Shown here piece after piece: positions 28,395 to 38,456 of a DNA stretch of 50,726 nt. Every line of letters starts with the position of its first letter. The first letter of the stretch is position 1. The position numbers were made by a program, and so were the translations under genes. Origin of the DNA: Verrucomicrobiota bacterium (lineage in GTDB: Bacteria; Verrucomicrobiota; Verrucomicrobiia; Limisphaerales; CANJSG01); contig JBBQXJ010000031.1 in assembly GCA_038209745.1 (NCBI GenBank), positions 1 to 50,726 of the forward strand, in the 5' to 3' direction. The notes below the pieces were generated by a model that worked only from the letters and a program-made list of their open reading frames with translations, made no database searches and was not told the origin of the DNA.

Positions 28395-29864
28395 ATGAAT
28401 TCTTCTTCTTCACTGAGCCGCCGTGGTTTTCTCGCCCGGGCCGGAGCCGTCGCCGGCGGCGCGGCCTTCCTGTCGAACCTTGTCCCGACGGCCCGCCTTC
28501 AGGCCGCCGACAGCTATCCTTCGCCCGACAGCACCGCGGGCTCTCGTCCCGTTCCCAAACCGACCAGCGACGGTTCCACGCGGATCTTCGCTCCCGACGG
28601 GATGAACCTGCCCTACAATCCGGTGGTCACGTCCAACAACGCCACCCTGCCCTGGAAGGTTGTGGGCGGCGTGAAGGTCTATCACCTCATCGCCGAACCC
28701 GTGGTGCATGAGTTTTCGCCGGGACTGGTCTCGAACTGCTGGGGCTACAACGGGCGAGTCCACGGTCCGACCATCGAAGCCGTGGAAGAGGACCGGGTCC
28801 GCATCTACGTCACGAACCGCCTGCCGGCCGCCACGACAGTGCATTGGCACGCCGTCCTGGTCCCGAGCGGGATGGACGGGGTGGGCGGGGTTTCGCAGCG
28901 GACCATCCAACCGGGTGAAACCTTCAAATACGAGTTCACGCTCCGGCAGCACGGGACCTTCATGTATCACGCGCACCACGACGAGATGACGCAGATGCAA
29001 CTCGGCATGATGGGCATGTTCGTCATCCACCCCAAGGAGCCGAAGACCCCGCCGCCCGAACGCGACTACGCGATGATGCTCAGCGAATGGAAGATCGTGG
29101 TCGGAGCACGGCGGCCCGACCCGAACGAAATGACCGACTTCAACGTCTTCACGATGAACGGCCGCAGCTTCCCGGGCACCGAGCCGCTTCTGGCAAAGGT
29201 CGGCGAGCGCGTCCGTATCCGTCTCGGCAACCTCAGCTCCATGAGCCATCATGCGATCCATCTCCACGGCTATAATTTCAAAGTGGTCGAAACCGACGGC
29301 GGCGAGATTCCATTCTCAGGCCAGTGGCCGGAGACGACCGTCTTCGTGCCGACGGGAAGCACCCGGACCATCGAATTCACGGCCGGCGTTCCCGGCGACT
29401 GGGTGATGCACTGCCACATGCTGCACCACGTCATGACGCAGATGGGGCACAAGTTCGGCAACGTCATCGGCATCGACACCAGCGGCCTGACTCGCAAGAT
29501 CCGCAAGCTCGTCCCCGGCTACATGGCGATGGGCGAAGACGGCATGGGAGACATGGGCGGCATGGGGATGAGGGTGCCGGCCAACTCCCTCCCGATGGTG
29601 GGCGGCCAAGGCCAGCACGACTACATCACGATGGGCGGCATGTTCAACATTCTGAAGGTCCGCGAGGAACTGCCGGCCGACGGCTCCGATCCAGGATGGT
29701 ATGAATCCCCACCCGGAACGCTGGCCGATCTGGCTCCCGCCGAAGACCTGAAACGCGACGGCATCGAACTGCCTGCGAGCCTTCCGGTCGCCTCGACCCA
29801 GCGGAGCGTGCTGAACGAGGCCATTTGCGGACCGGCACCCTACCCCGTGAAATCCGCCGGTTGA
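28395..29864 (+). CDS. Tat-exported multicopper oxidase (two cupredoxin domains, Met-rich tail)
   Basis: Tat motif SRRGFL; copper motifs HWH, YHAH, HAIHLHG and HCHMLHH; Met/Gly-rich segment. Confidence 0.93.
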   Translation: MNSSSSLSRRGFLARAGAVAGGAAFLSNLVPTARLQAADSYPSPDSTAGSRPVPKPTSDGSTRIFAPDGMNLPYNPVVTSNNATLPWKVVGGVKVYHLIAEPVVHEFSPGLVSNCWGYNGRVHGPTIEAVEEDRVRIYVTNRLPAATTVHWHAVLVPSGMDGVGGVSQRTIQPGETFKYEFTLRQHGTFMYHAHHDEMTQMQLGMMGMFVIHPKEPKTPPPERDYAMMLSEWKIVVGARRPDPNEMTDFNVFTMNGRSFPGTEPLLAKVGERVRIRLGNLSSMSHHAIHLHGYNFKVVETDGGEIPFSGQWPETTVFVPTGSTRTIEFTAGVPGDWVMHCHMLHHVMTQMGHKFGNVIGIDTSGLTRKIRKLVPGYMAMGEDGMGDMGGMGMRVPANSLPMVGGQGQHDYITMGGMFNILKVREELPADGSDPGWYESPPGTLADLAPAEDLKRDGIELPASLPVASTQRSVLNEAICGPAPYPVKSAG

Positions 29865-30348
29865 ACGCCCCAGGAAAACCACCTTCTTAACCCCTCGGCT
29901 CCTCGTGGCCGTCTCGCTCGTCTGTCTTCGGACCATTGCCGTCGAGGTCCAGATCGAAATTTTGCCCTCCGGGGCCATGCAGCCGGAGGCGGTGTTCGCA
30001 CGCTCCGACGGCCTGATCGTCGTCGTTTTCTGGAAACTGTCCTTGAACTCACTTCTTGGAAAAAACCAAAACGACCCTATACCTAGGAGTGGATCAAATG
30101 AGCCGTTCAGAAGATCATTTTACCCATCGCACAGGGTGGGTACGCGCCGAAGTTCCCGGTGCAAATAATGGCATCCGATCCACCGCCGTTCTTTGTGTCT
30201 TTGTCGTTGCCAACGAGACATCGCACGGAAACGAGCGGTTGCCTGGTGTGGCCACTCTAGCGGTCAAGGTGATGGCCATGGCGGCCGGTATTGCCCTCGT
30301 TTTTGGATAGGTCATTGCTAACGGTCCGTCCGAGCCCAAGCCGCATTC

Positions 30349-31746
30349 GTGAACATCTCAACAACTACCGTGGCGCTGATCAGCTTTCTGGCGATGACCG
30401 GCTGCCAGCACTATCGCCCGCGACCGTTGGATTCCAGCGCGGTGGAGCGCGCGCTCGCGCCGCCATCGGCGGAGGTGCTCCGAGTGGAGGCGGGGCAACT
30501 GCGCCATCCCATGCTCGAACCCGTTGTCATCGGCGACGGCGAGGGGTTGTCGCCCGACGCGGCGGCGATGCTCGCGGTTCTGATCAATCCCAACCTCCGG
30601 AGCATGCGCGACCAGCGCGGCCTGGCGGACGCCCAGTTGCTCCAGGCGGGGCTGCTGCCCAACCCCCAGTTGACCGCCTCTTTCGACAAGCCCGTCTTCG
30701 GCAGCGTGGCGGGCACGGTCAACGCCTACGGTCTGGGCCTGAGCTGGGATGTGCAGCAGTTGCTCACACGGACGACACGCCAACGGGCCGCTTCCCTGCA
30801 TCGCCAAGCGGTGGATCTCGCCGTGGCCTGGCAGGAATGGCAGGTGGCCGAGGCCGCCAAAACCGCCGCTTATCAACTGGCCAATCTGGAGGAACAAAGC
30901 GCGTTCGTGGATGAAATGGACGACCGGCTGCGGGAAAACCTGGACTTGGTGCGGCGCGCCCTGCAGGCCCGGCTGGTGACCGAGCTCGATCTGGCGGCGG
31001 CCGAGACGGCGGCCAACCAGGCCCACGCCAACTCCCTGGCCCTGCAAGGACAGTCGGCGCTGCAGCGGCTGGAACTGAATCGCCTGATCGGTCTGCCCGC
31101 CGACAGTCCGATCAAGCTGAAACCCGGCTTCTCCCAAGCGGCGGGGTTTGAAGAGACCCCGCCCGGAACGTTGCTGGAGAATCTTGCAGACCGCCGGTTG
31201 GACCTGGTGGCGCTCCGTCGGGGTTATGCGAGCCAGGAAGCCAATGTGCGCACGGCCATTCTCGCGCAGTTTCCCCGCCTCAGCCTCGGCCTGAACCGCG
31301 CGAGGGACTCCGGAAACGTCGGCACGCTGGGCGGCGTCGCCACCTTGGACCTGCCGTTGTTTGACCGGAACCAGGGCGGCATCGCCCTCGAACGCGCGAC
31401 CCGGCGGCAGTTGTTCGACGAATACACCGCCCGGCTGTTTGAGGCCCGCGCCGAGATTGCCCGCTTGCTGACCGAAACCACGAAGCTCCGCCAGGAAATC
31501 GAAACCGCGCGTGCCGCGCTGCCCGGTCTGGAACGGCTGGTGAGCACCTACCGGCGGGCCATCAACACCGGGCAGGCCGACGTGTTGAGCTACTACACCG
31601 CGTGGAACAGCCTGACTCAAAAACGGATCGATGTGCTGGTCTTCCAGCAGCGATTGGCGCAGACCCGCATCGCGCTGGAACTGGCCTCCGGCCGCATCCT
31701 GACAACTGCGCCGGCTGCGGAGGCGAAGAAGGGTCCCACGAAATGA
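30349..31746 (+). CDS. TolC-family outer membrane lipoprotein
   Basis: GTG start; lipobox MTGC; AGLLPNPQL, LDLPLFDRNQG; stop overlaps the next ATG. Confidence 0.88.
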   Translation: MNISTTTVALISFLAMTGCQHYRPRPLDSSAVERALAPPSAEVLRVEAGQLRHPMLEPVVIGDGEGLSPDAAAMLAVLINPNLRSMRDQRGLADAQLLQAGLLPNPQLTASFDKPVFGSVAGTVNAYGLGLSWDVQQLLTRTTRQRAASLHRQAVDLAVAWQEWQVAEAAKTAAYQLANLEEQSAFVDEMDDRLRENLDLVRRALQARLVTELDLAAAETAANQAHANSLALQGQSALQRLELNRLIGLPADSPIKLKPGFSQAAGFEETPPGTLLENLADRRLDLVALRRGYASQEANVRTAILAQFPRLSLGLNRARDSGNVGTLGGVATLDLPLFDRNQGGIALERATRRQLFDEYTARLFEARAEIARLLTETTKLRQEIETARAALPGLERLVSTYRRAINTGQADVLSYYTAWNSLTQKRIDVLVFQQRLAQTRIALELASGRILTTAPAAEAKKGPTK

Positions 31747-32828
31747 AACCACTGAAATGGACCGGCCTCGCGCTGCTGACGGGCGGCCTGCTGTTCGCCG
31801 CCTACGAATTCACCCGTCCCGCAAAGCCGAACGCCACCGGCGGCAACACCGCCGCGCCGGCTGCGGGACCGATGGCCACCGTGCAGGTGGTTCCGTTGAA
31901 GCGGGGTCGGATCGAGGAGACCCTCGCCGCTTTCGGCTCGGTGGTGGCCGCGCCGGGCGAGGTGGAGATTTTCAGCGTGCCGTTCGAGTGCCGCGTCCGC
32001 CGGATCCTCGTCACCGCCGGGATGGAGATCGCCACCGACACGCCGCTGGTGGAGGTGGAGCCCAGCCCGGACACGCGGCTTCAGTTCGATCAAGCGCGCC
32101 TGGAGCGGGACGGCGCGGAACAGGCCCTGAAGTTTGCGGAGCAGCGCATGGAGTTGAAGCTGGCCACCCAGCAGGATCTGCTGCTGGCAAAACAAACCCT
32201 CGGCCATGTCACGGCCCGTCTGCGGAGCATGAAGGATCGGGGCATCGATGGCTCGGGGGCGATTCGCGCCGCGTCCCCCGGCGTGGTCAGCCGGGTGGCT
32301 GTCCAGCCCGGGCAGATCGTTGCCGCCGGAGCGGCATTGGTGGAAACGATCGGTCGAGACAAGATCGTCGTGCAACTGGGGGTTGAAGCCGAGGACGTGG
32401 TTCATCTGACGAACGGCCAACCGGTTCGGCTGCTGCGGGTCAACACCCCCGACCAACCTCCCATCGCGGGCCGCGTTTCAACCATCAGCCGGCAGGTCAA
32501 CCTGGCCACGCGCCTGGTGGACCTGTTTGTCCAGCCCGCGCCGGACGCGCGGTTGCTGCTCAACGAATATGTCGAGGGCCGCATCGTGACCGCCGCGCGC
32601 GAAACCTTGATAGCGCCCCGGGCCGCCGTGCTGCCCGAGGGAGGCGGCTTTGTGCTCTGCACTGTGGCGGCCGACCACGCGGTGAAACACACCGTGACCA
32701 TCGGCCTGGAAAACGCGCAGGAGATGGAGGTCAAGGCCGAGGGTCTTGCGGAAGGCCAGCCCGTGGTGGTCCGGGGCAACAGCCAATTGACGGACGGCAT
32801 GGCGGTCAAGGTGGAGTCCAGCCAATGA
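31743..32828 (+). CDS. RND efflux periplasmic adaptor (membrane fusion protein)
   Basis: N-terminal anchor; lipoyl half-motifs (IRAASPGVVSRVAVQPGQIV); GLAEGQPVVVRG; sits between TolC and RND genes with ATGA overlaps. Confidence 0.9.
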   Translation: MKPLKWTGLALLTGGLLFAAYEFTRPAKPNATGGNTAAPAAGPMATVQVVPLKRGRIEETLAAFGSVVAAPGEVEIFSVPFECRVRRILVTAGMEIATDTPLVEVEPSPDTRLQFDQARLERDGAEQALKFAEQRMELKLATQQDLLLAKQTLGHVTARLRSMKDRGIDGSGAIRAASPGVVSRVAVQPGQIVAAGAALVETIGRDKIVVQLGVEAEDVVHLTNGQPVRLLRVNTPDQPPIAGRVSTISRQVNLATRLVDLFVQPAPDARLLLNEYVEGRIVTAARETLIAPRAAVLPEGGGFVLCTVAADHAVKHTVTIGLENAQEMEVKAEGLAEGQPVVVRGNSQLTDGMAVKVESSQ

Positions 32829-35800
32829 AATTCACCGACTGGGTGCAATCGCACCATCGCTCAATTCTGTTTCTGCTGGCCGCTTTTGCCCTGGCCGGAT
32901 TATTCAGCGGCCTGAACCTGCCGGTGTCGCTTTTTCCGCAGGTCAGTTTTCCCCGACTGGTCGTCAGTCTTGATGCCGGTGATCGTCCGGCCGAGCGCAT
33001 GTCCATCGAGGTGACCCTGCCGGTCGAGGAGACGGTGCGCGCGGTTCCGGGAGTGCGCAACCTGCGCTCGACGACCAGCCGCGGCAGTGCCGAGGTTTCC
33101 ATCAATTTCGAATGGGGCACCGACATGGTGGCCGCCACGCTGCAGGTGGAGTCGGCCGTCAACCAGGTGCTCGGCTCCCTGCCGCCCGGCACGGTCTTCG
33201 GCGTGCGGCGCATGGACCCGACGGTCTTTCCGGTGCAGGGCTTCAGCCTCACCTCGGACACCCGTTCGCTCGTCGAGCTGCGCGACCTTGCCCTTTTTCA
33301 AATCCGACCCGTGCTCTCGACCGTCACCGGCGTGTCCCGCATCCAGGTGCAGGGCGGTGCCACGGCGGAGTTTCAAGTCCTGATCAATCCGGCCAAGCTC
33401 GACTCTTTCGGGCTGAGTCTGGACGACGTGGGCCGTTCGTTGTCCGCCGCCAACATCGTCACCGCTGTCGGCAGGCTTGAGGACCACGACAAGATCTATT
33501 TGATTTTGTCTGACACGCAGTTCACGACGTTTGACGAGATCGAGAACACCATCCTGCGCTTCGGCGCCAACGGTCTGGTGCTGCTGGAGGATGTGGCCAC
33601 CGTAAGCCGTGGCACCATGCCCCAGTGGATTCGCGTCACAGCGGACGGACACGACGCCGTCTTGTTCAACGTTTATCAGCAGCCCGGCGGCAACACGGTT
33701 CAAGTGGCTAAAGATATCAAGGCCAAGCTCGTCGACCTGCGAAAACGCCTGCCCTCCGACATCCGCATCGCCAACTGGTATGATCAAAGCGAGCTGATCG
33801 TCTCCTCCGCCAGCAGCGTGCGTGACGCGATTCTCATCGGCATCGTGTTTGCCACCCTCGTGCTGCTGTTCTTTCTCCGGAATCTCAAGGTCACGCTGAT
33901 CGCGGCCATCACCGTGCCGATGGTGCTCGCCACCACCGTGCTGCTGTTGTCCGTCCTGAAAATGAGCTTCAACATCATGACCCTCGGCGGCATGGCGGCG
34001 GCCGTGGCGCTGATCATCGACGACGCCATCGTCATGATCGAACACATCATCCGGCGATTGCGGGGCGGCAGCGGGCACTACCAGGAGCGGGTCATGGAGG
34101 CGGCAGCGGAATTCACCCGGCCCTTGGCGGGCTCCTCGGCGTCCACCATCATCATCTTCGCCCCGCTGGCGTTTCTCTCCGGCGTGACCGGCGCGTTCTT
34201 CAAAGCCCTGTCACTGACCATGGCGGCGAGCCTCTTCATTTCGTTCATCGTCGCGTGGCTGGCGGTGCCGCTGCTCTCTCTCCATCTGCTGCGCCAGAAG
34301 GATGCCGAGCATGAGGAGGGAGGAACCTGGATGGACCGCGTGCATCACGGCTATGAATGGGTGATGGGGCGGCTGTCGCTGCGGCCCTGGCTGATCCTCG
34401 TCGCGATCATACCGCTGCTGGCCGTCGGCTGGCTCGGCTACAAAAACACGGGATCGGGTTTCATGCCGGTGATGGACGAAGGCGGATTCATCCTCGACTA
34501 TGCTGCCGCTCCCGGCACGTCGCTGACCGAATCCGACCGGCTGCTGCGCCAGGTGGAGATGCTTCTCCGCAAGACGCCCGAGGTGCAGACCTATTCCCGG
34601 CGGACCGGCACCCAGCTCGGCGGTGGCATCACCGAGGCGAATCAGGGGGACTTTTTTGTGCGGCTCAAGCCCCTGCCCCGCCGTGGCATCGAGGCGGTCA
34701 TGGCCGACGTCCGGCAGCGTGTTGAGCAAAACGTCCCCGGCCTGAGGATTGAAATGGCGCAGTTGATGGAGGATCTGATCGGCGATCTCACCGCCGTTCC
34801 GCAGCCGATCGAAATCAAGCTCTTCTCCGACGATCTGGCGGCGCTGCGCACGCTCGCCCCAAAGGTCGCCGATGCCATCGGGAAGGCGCCCGGCGTGGTG
34901 GACGTCAAGGACGGCATCGTCCTCGCCGGCGACGCGCTGGACATCCGGGTGGACCGTGAAAAGGCGGCGCTGGAAGGCATGGCCCCCGAGCAAATCACGA
35001 CGACGCTGGTCGCGTATCTGTCCGGACTGGTCACCACCCAGGTGAAGCAGGGCCCCAAAATGGTCGGCGTGCGCGTCTGGATCCCCGGCGGGAATCGCGA
35101 CCGGGTTCAAAGTCTGGAAGCCCTGCGGCTGCGCGCGCCGGACGGTCACCTGTTCCCGCTGCGACGCGTGGCGCGGATCACGAACGTCGTCGGCCAGCCG
35201 CAAATCACGCGGGAGAACCTCAAGCAGATGGTCGCCGTCACCGGGCGGATCAGCGGCCGGGACATGGGCTCCACCGTCCGCGACGTGACCGCGATCCTCG
35301 ACCGGCCGGGCCTGCTGCCCAGCGGCACATATTACCAACTGGGAGGGCTCTACGAACAGCAGCGTATTGCGTTCCGGGGATTGATCGCGGTTTTCGCGTC
35401 GGCGGTGGTCCTAATCTTCGTGCTCCTGCTGTTCCTCTACGAAAGCTTCCGCGTCGCGACCGCCATGCTGCTCACCACCCTGCTCGCGATGTCGGCCGTA
35501 TTCATCGGCCTGTGGCTCACACGGACCGAATTGAACATCACCGCGATGATGGGCATGACCATGATCGTCGGGATCGTCACCGAGGTCGCGATCTTCTATT
35601 ACTCCGAGCTGGTGGAATTGCGCAAAACCGCGCCGCCCGATGAAGCCCTCCTCATCACCGCCGGAAAGAACCGGCTGCGCCCCATCGCCATGACCACCCT
35701 CGCCGCGATCCTCACCCTGCTGCCCCTGGCCCTGGGAATCGGACAGGGTTCGGCGATGCAGCGTCCTCTCGCCATCGCGATCATCTCAGGGCTGACCGTG

Positions 35801-35875
35801 CAGCTTCCACTGGTGCTGGTCTTCCTTCCGTTGATGCTCAAACTCCTTGGACTCGGAGGCAAACTACAGAAATAG
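32825..35875 (+). CDS. RND efflux permease (AcrB/CusA superfamily)
   Basis: 1016 aa; LPVSLFPQVSFPR, IIDDAIVMIEH, RLRPIAMTT, MQRPLAIAIISGL. Confidence 0.93.
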   Translation: MKFTDWVQSHHRSILFLLAAFALAGLFSGLNLPVSLFPQVSFPRLVVSLDAGDRPAERMSIEVTLPVEETVRAVPGVRNLRSTTSRGSAEVSINFEWGTDMVAATLQVESAVNQVLGSLPPGTVFGVRRMDPTVFPVQGFSLTSDTRSLVELRDLALFQIRPVLSTVTGVSRIQVQGGATAEFQVLINPAKLDSFGLSLDDVGRSLSAANIVTAVGRLEDHDKIYLILSDTQFTTFDEIENTILRFGANGLVLLEDVATVSRGTMPQWIRVTADGHDAVLFNVYQQPGGNTVQVAKDIKAKLVDLRKRLPSDIRIANWYDQSELIVSSASSVRDAILIGIVFATLVLLFFLRNLKVTLIAAITVPMVLATTVLLLSVLKMSFNIMTLGGMAAAVALIIDDAIVMIEHIIRRLRGGSGHYQERVMEAAAEFTRPLAGSSASTIIIFAPLAFLSGVTGAFFKALSLTMAASLFISFIVAWLAVPLLSLHLLRQKDAEHEEGGTWMDRVHHGYEWVMGRLSLRPWLILVAIIPLLAVGWLGYKNTGSGFMPVMDEGGFILDYAAAPGTSLTESDRLLRQVEMLLRKTPEVQTYSRRTGTQLGGGITEANQGDFFVRLKPLPRRGIEAVMADVRQRVEQNVPGLRIEMAQLMEDLIGDLTAVPQPIEIKLFSDDLAALRTLAPKVADAIGKAPGVVDVKDGIVLAGDALDIRVDREKAALEGMAPEQITTTLVAYLSGLVTTQVKQGPKMVGVRVWIPGGNRDRVQSLEALRLRAPDGHLFPLRRVARITNVVGQPQITRENLKQMVAVTGRISGRDMGSTVRDVTAILDRPGLLPSGTYYQLGGLYEQQRIAFRGLIAVFASAVVLIFVLLLFLYESFRVATAMLLTTLLAMSAVFIGLWLTRTELNITAMMGMTMIVGIVTEVAIFYYSELVELRKTAPPDEALLITAGKNRLRPIAMTTLAAILTLLPLALGIGQGSAMQRPLAIAIISGLTVQLPLVLVFLPLMLKLLGLGGKLQK

Positions 35876-36114
35876 GTGGGCATGCCGAAATTTCGGTCGC
35901 GCCAGGGACCGGGTCGTCCCGGCCCTCACAGAGCCGAGCGGGCAGGGTCACGGAACTCGGCTATTGCCTCAGGTTTGGGCGTCGAATCGTTCCCAAAGCC
36001 GTGGCTGTTTTTTTACGGAATATTTTCTCAAAAACAGTGCGGGGTTTCGTTGCCGCAGGGGTAAGCAGCGATGAGAGGCGGGATAGACCGCCAAACCAAC
36101 AAAACACGATCCCT

Positions 36115-36435
36115 ATGAAAACTGTTTCGATTCTAACCTCCATCGCGGCGGTCGCACTGTTTGCCGCCGCAACGACCGTTTCCGCACGGGACCCCCTATT
36201 GTCGCCCAAGGCAAAGGAACTCCGCATCAACCGGATTGCTGGCTTCACTGAAGAGCGGATCGACCGCACCGCTCCAATGGTTCCCGGCAAGCTTTTCGGA
36301 CGCCAGACGGGTGCCGCCGAGAGCGAAGGCAGCGGCAAGATGGCGTGCTGTAACGCGGACAAGGCCGGTCAAACCGGCATGTCCTGTGGCATGAAGCCAA
36401 AGGCCAAAACGGGAGGGATGTCCTGTGGTGGTTGA
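36115..36435 (+). CDS. Small secreted protein with MxC motifs (putative metal binder)
   Basis: Signal peptide; C-terminal MACC, MSCG and MSCGG. Confidence 0.7.
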   Translation: MKTVSILTSIAAVALFAAATTVSARDPLLSPKAKELRINRIAGFTEERIDRTAPMVPGKLFGRQTGAAESEGSGKMACCNADKAGQTGMSCGMKPKAKTGGMSCGG

Positions 36436-36483
36436 GGCCAAACAAAACGGAACGACGGGCCAACCCCTTGTTTCGCCGCTTCT

Positions 36484-36813
36484 ATGAACTCTCCAACACC
36501 CGATCCTGGCGATGAACCGTTGCGCCGGCTGCTCCGTGACGCGGACCTCAAAGTGGACTTGCCCCCGCGTTTTCGGGAGTCGGTCTGGAGCCGCATCGAC
36601 GCTGCAAGCCGCCAGCCTTCGGGGAAATCGGGTTGGCTGGAACCCCTCGTCGCGCTGTTGTTCCGGCCTGCGATCGCGATGGCGGGCTTGACGATCCTGA
36701 TGATCGCGGGCGGCCTTCTCGGAGCGCAGTCGGGGCGGGCGGGCGCCGATCAGGAGGCGCGAGCCCGCTACGTCGCCTCGGTCAGTCCGTTGATCCGTGT
36801 TTCCGCGCCATGA
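36484..36813 (+). CDS. Putative anti-sigma factor (single TM, CnrY-like position)
   Basis: LPPRFRESVWSRI motif, one TM helix, YVASVSP; translationally coupled to the sensor gene. Confidence 0.7.
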   Translation: MNSPTPDPGDEPLRRLLRDADLKVDLPPRFRESVWSRIDAASRQPSGKSGWLEPLVALLFRPAIAMAGLTILMIAGGLLGAQSGRAGADQEARARYVASVSPLIRVSAP

Positions 36814-37298
36814 AACGTCCGTTGCTTCTTCTCATCGCCGCGTTCGCCCTCGCCGGAGGTGCGTTTGGTCTCTGCTACTTTGCGGGTTCGCGGGTGTGTG
36901 TCTGGCGGGCCGCGCCCCAGACCAACGCGCTCGGCTGGCTCCAGCAGGAATTCCATCTCGACGCCGTGGAGATGGCGCGGATCAGCGCCCTGCACGAAGC
37001 CTACAAGCCGGTTTGCCAGGCGATGTGCGACCGGCTGGCGGCCAAGAAGCGGGAACTGGTGCAGGCGCTCGCCGCCAAATCGGGGGTGACGCCGGAGGTC
37101 GAACGGTCGCTCTCCGAGATCGGCGCTCTCCGCGCCGAGTGCCAGACGAAGATGCTGCGCCACTTCCAGGAGGTGGCCCGTTCAATGCCCGCACCTCAAG
37201 GAGAGCGCTATCTCGCCGAGATGGAACGCGCAACCCTCGGCCTGTCCATCGGACACGAAGCCGGCATGGATATGTCCGCCTCCCATGAGCACCCATGA
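36810..37298 (+). CDS. Periplasmic heavy-metal sensor (CnrX/Spy-like helical protein)
   Basis: N-terminal TM; WLQQEFHL, LHEAY.PVCQAMC, ECQTKMLRH, M...Q..RY. Confidence 0.8.
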   Translation: MKRPLLLLIAAFALAGGAFGLCYFAGSRVCVWRAAPQTNALGWLQQEFHLDAVEMARISALHEAYKPVCQAMCDRLAAKKRELVQALAAKSGVTPEVERSLSEIGALRAECQTKMLRHFQEVARSMPAPQGERYLAEMERATLGLSIGHEAGMDMSASHEHP

Positions 37299-37875
37299 AA
37301 CCGATGCGCTCGACCAGGCCGACATGCTCCGTCTCCAGCAAGGGCACGACGCCGGGCTCGACGACCTCATGGAGCGGCACTCCGGGCCGCTCTTCGGCTT
37401 CCTTCGACGTTTCGTCGGCGACGAGGCCTCGGCCGAGGATCTCGCCCAGGAAACCTTCGTGCGGGTCTTTCAGAACCGCGCCGCCTTCAAGGCAGGCGCG
37501 CGCTTTTCCCCTTGGCTCTACACCATCGCCGGAAACCTCGCCCGCAACCATCTCCGGTCCCGATCCCGGAGGCCCGAAGTGCCGCTGGAATCCTCCTCGG
37601 AAGACAATCGATCGGTCGCAGACCGGCTTCCCGGAAACGATGGGACACCCGGCGACCATCTGCTGCGCGACGAGCAATGGGCCGAAGTCCGCCGCGCGGT
37701 CGCGGATCTGCCGGACGATCTCCGCGAGGCCGTCGTGCTCTGCGAACTGGAAGACCGTTCCGTGGCCGAAGCCGCCGGCCTTCTGTCCACCACCGTCAAG
37801 TCGGTCGAGTCTCGCCTCTACCGTGCGCGGCAGGAGCTTCGCGCGCGGCTTGCGAGATGGCTGGCCAGCAGATGA
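37285..37875 (+). CDS. ECF RNA polymerase sigma factor
   Basis: Region 2 AEDLAQETFVRV...FSPWLYTIAGN; region 4 LPDDLREAVVL...VESRLYRAR. Confidence 0.93.
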   Translation: MSTHETDALDQADMLRLQQGHDAGLDDLMERHSGPLFGFLRRFVGDEASAEDLAQETFVRVFQNRAAFKAGARFSPWLYTIAGNLARNHLRSRSRRPEVPLESSSEDNRSVADRLPGNDGTPGDHLLRDEQWAEVRRAVADLPDDLREAVVLCELEDRSVAEAAGLLSTTVKSVESRLYRARQELRARLARWLASR

Positions 37876-37935
37876 ACCCTTTCGCCGCCACACGTCGTGG
37901 CGGCAACGTCAAACCATCGAAATCAAAGACATCAC

Positions 37936-38283
37936 ATGAACGCATTCAAACATCTCCTCGCCGGACTCGTGCTGGCCGGCTTCGCCTCCGTCACCCCGCT
38001 TCGGGCCGCCGACGCGCATCAACATGACCATGGCAGCGACGCCGCCACCGCAGAGACGAAGAAGAACGAAAAAGCGAAGCCCTACCCCCTAGATTTCTGC
38101 GTCGTGTCGGACGAGAAATTCGAAGGAGGCGACATGAAGCCGGCAGTCCTGGTCTATGAAGGACAGACCATCAAGTTCTGCTGCAATAAATGCGTGAAGA
38201 GCTTCAAGAAGGACCCCAAAAAATACGTCGCCAAGATGCAGGCCGAGGTGAAGAAGCAGGCGGAGGCGAAGGAAAAGAAATAG
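37936..38283 (+). CDS. Periplasmic YHS/TRASH-like metal-binding protein
   Basis: Signal peptide, HQHDH, KPYPLDFCVVSDE, YEGQTIKFCCNKCVKSFKKDPKKY. Confidence 0.82.
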   Translation: MNAFKHLLAGLVLAGFASVTPLRAADAHQHDHGSDAATAETKKNEKAKPYPLDFCVVSDEKFEGGDMKPAVLVYEGQTIKFCCNKCVKSFKKDPKKYVAKMQAEVKKQAEAKEKK

Positions 38284-38456
38284 CTGGGAACCCGCATTCG
38301 GCGGCGTGTCGGCGTTCTGATTCGGATCGCCGGCACGTCGCTCAGACAAGCGGTTTGCTCCAGGTAGAAGTCCGCCGAACACCCGAGCAACCTGCGCGCG
38401 GATGAACGTATCTGGCCGCCATTCGGTTTGGCAGCATGCTCAATCCCAGAAATTCC

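Noticed and set aside
29880..30340. Short ORFs between the copper oxidase and the third TolC
   Set aside because: They may be gene debris, but they are too short and degenerate to assign.
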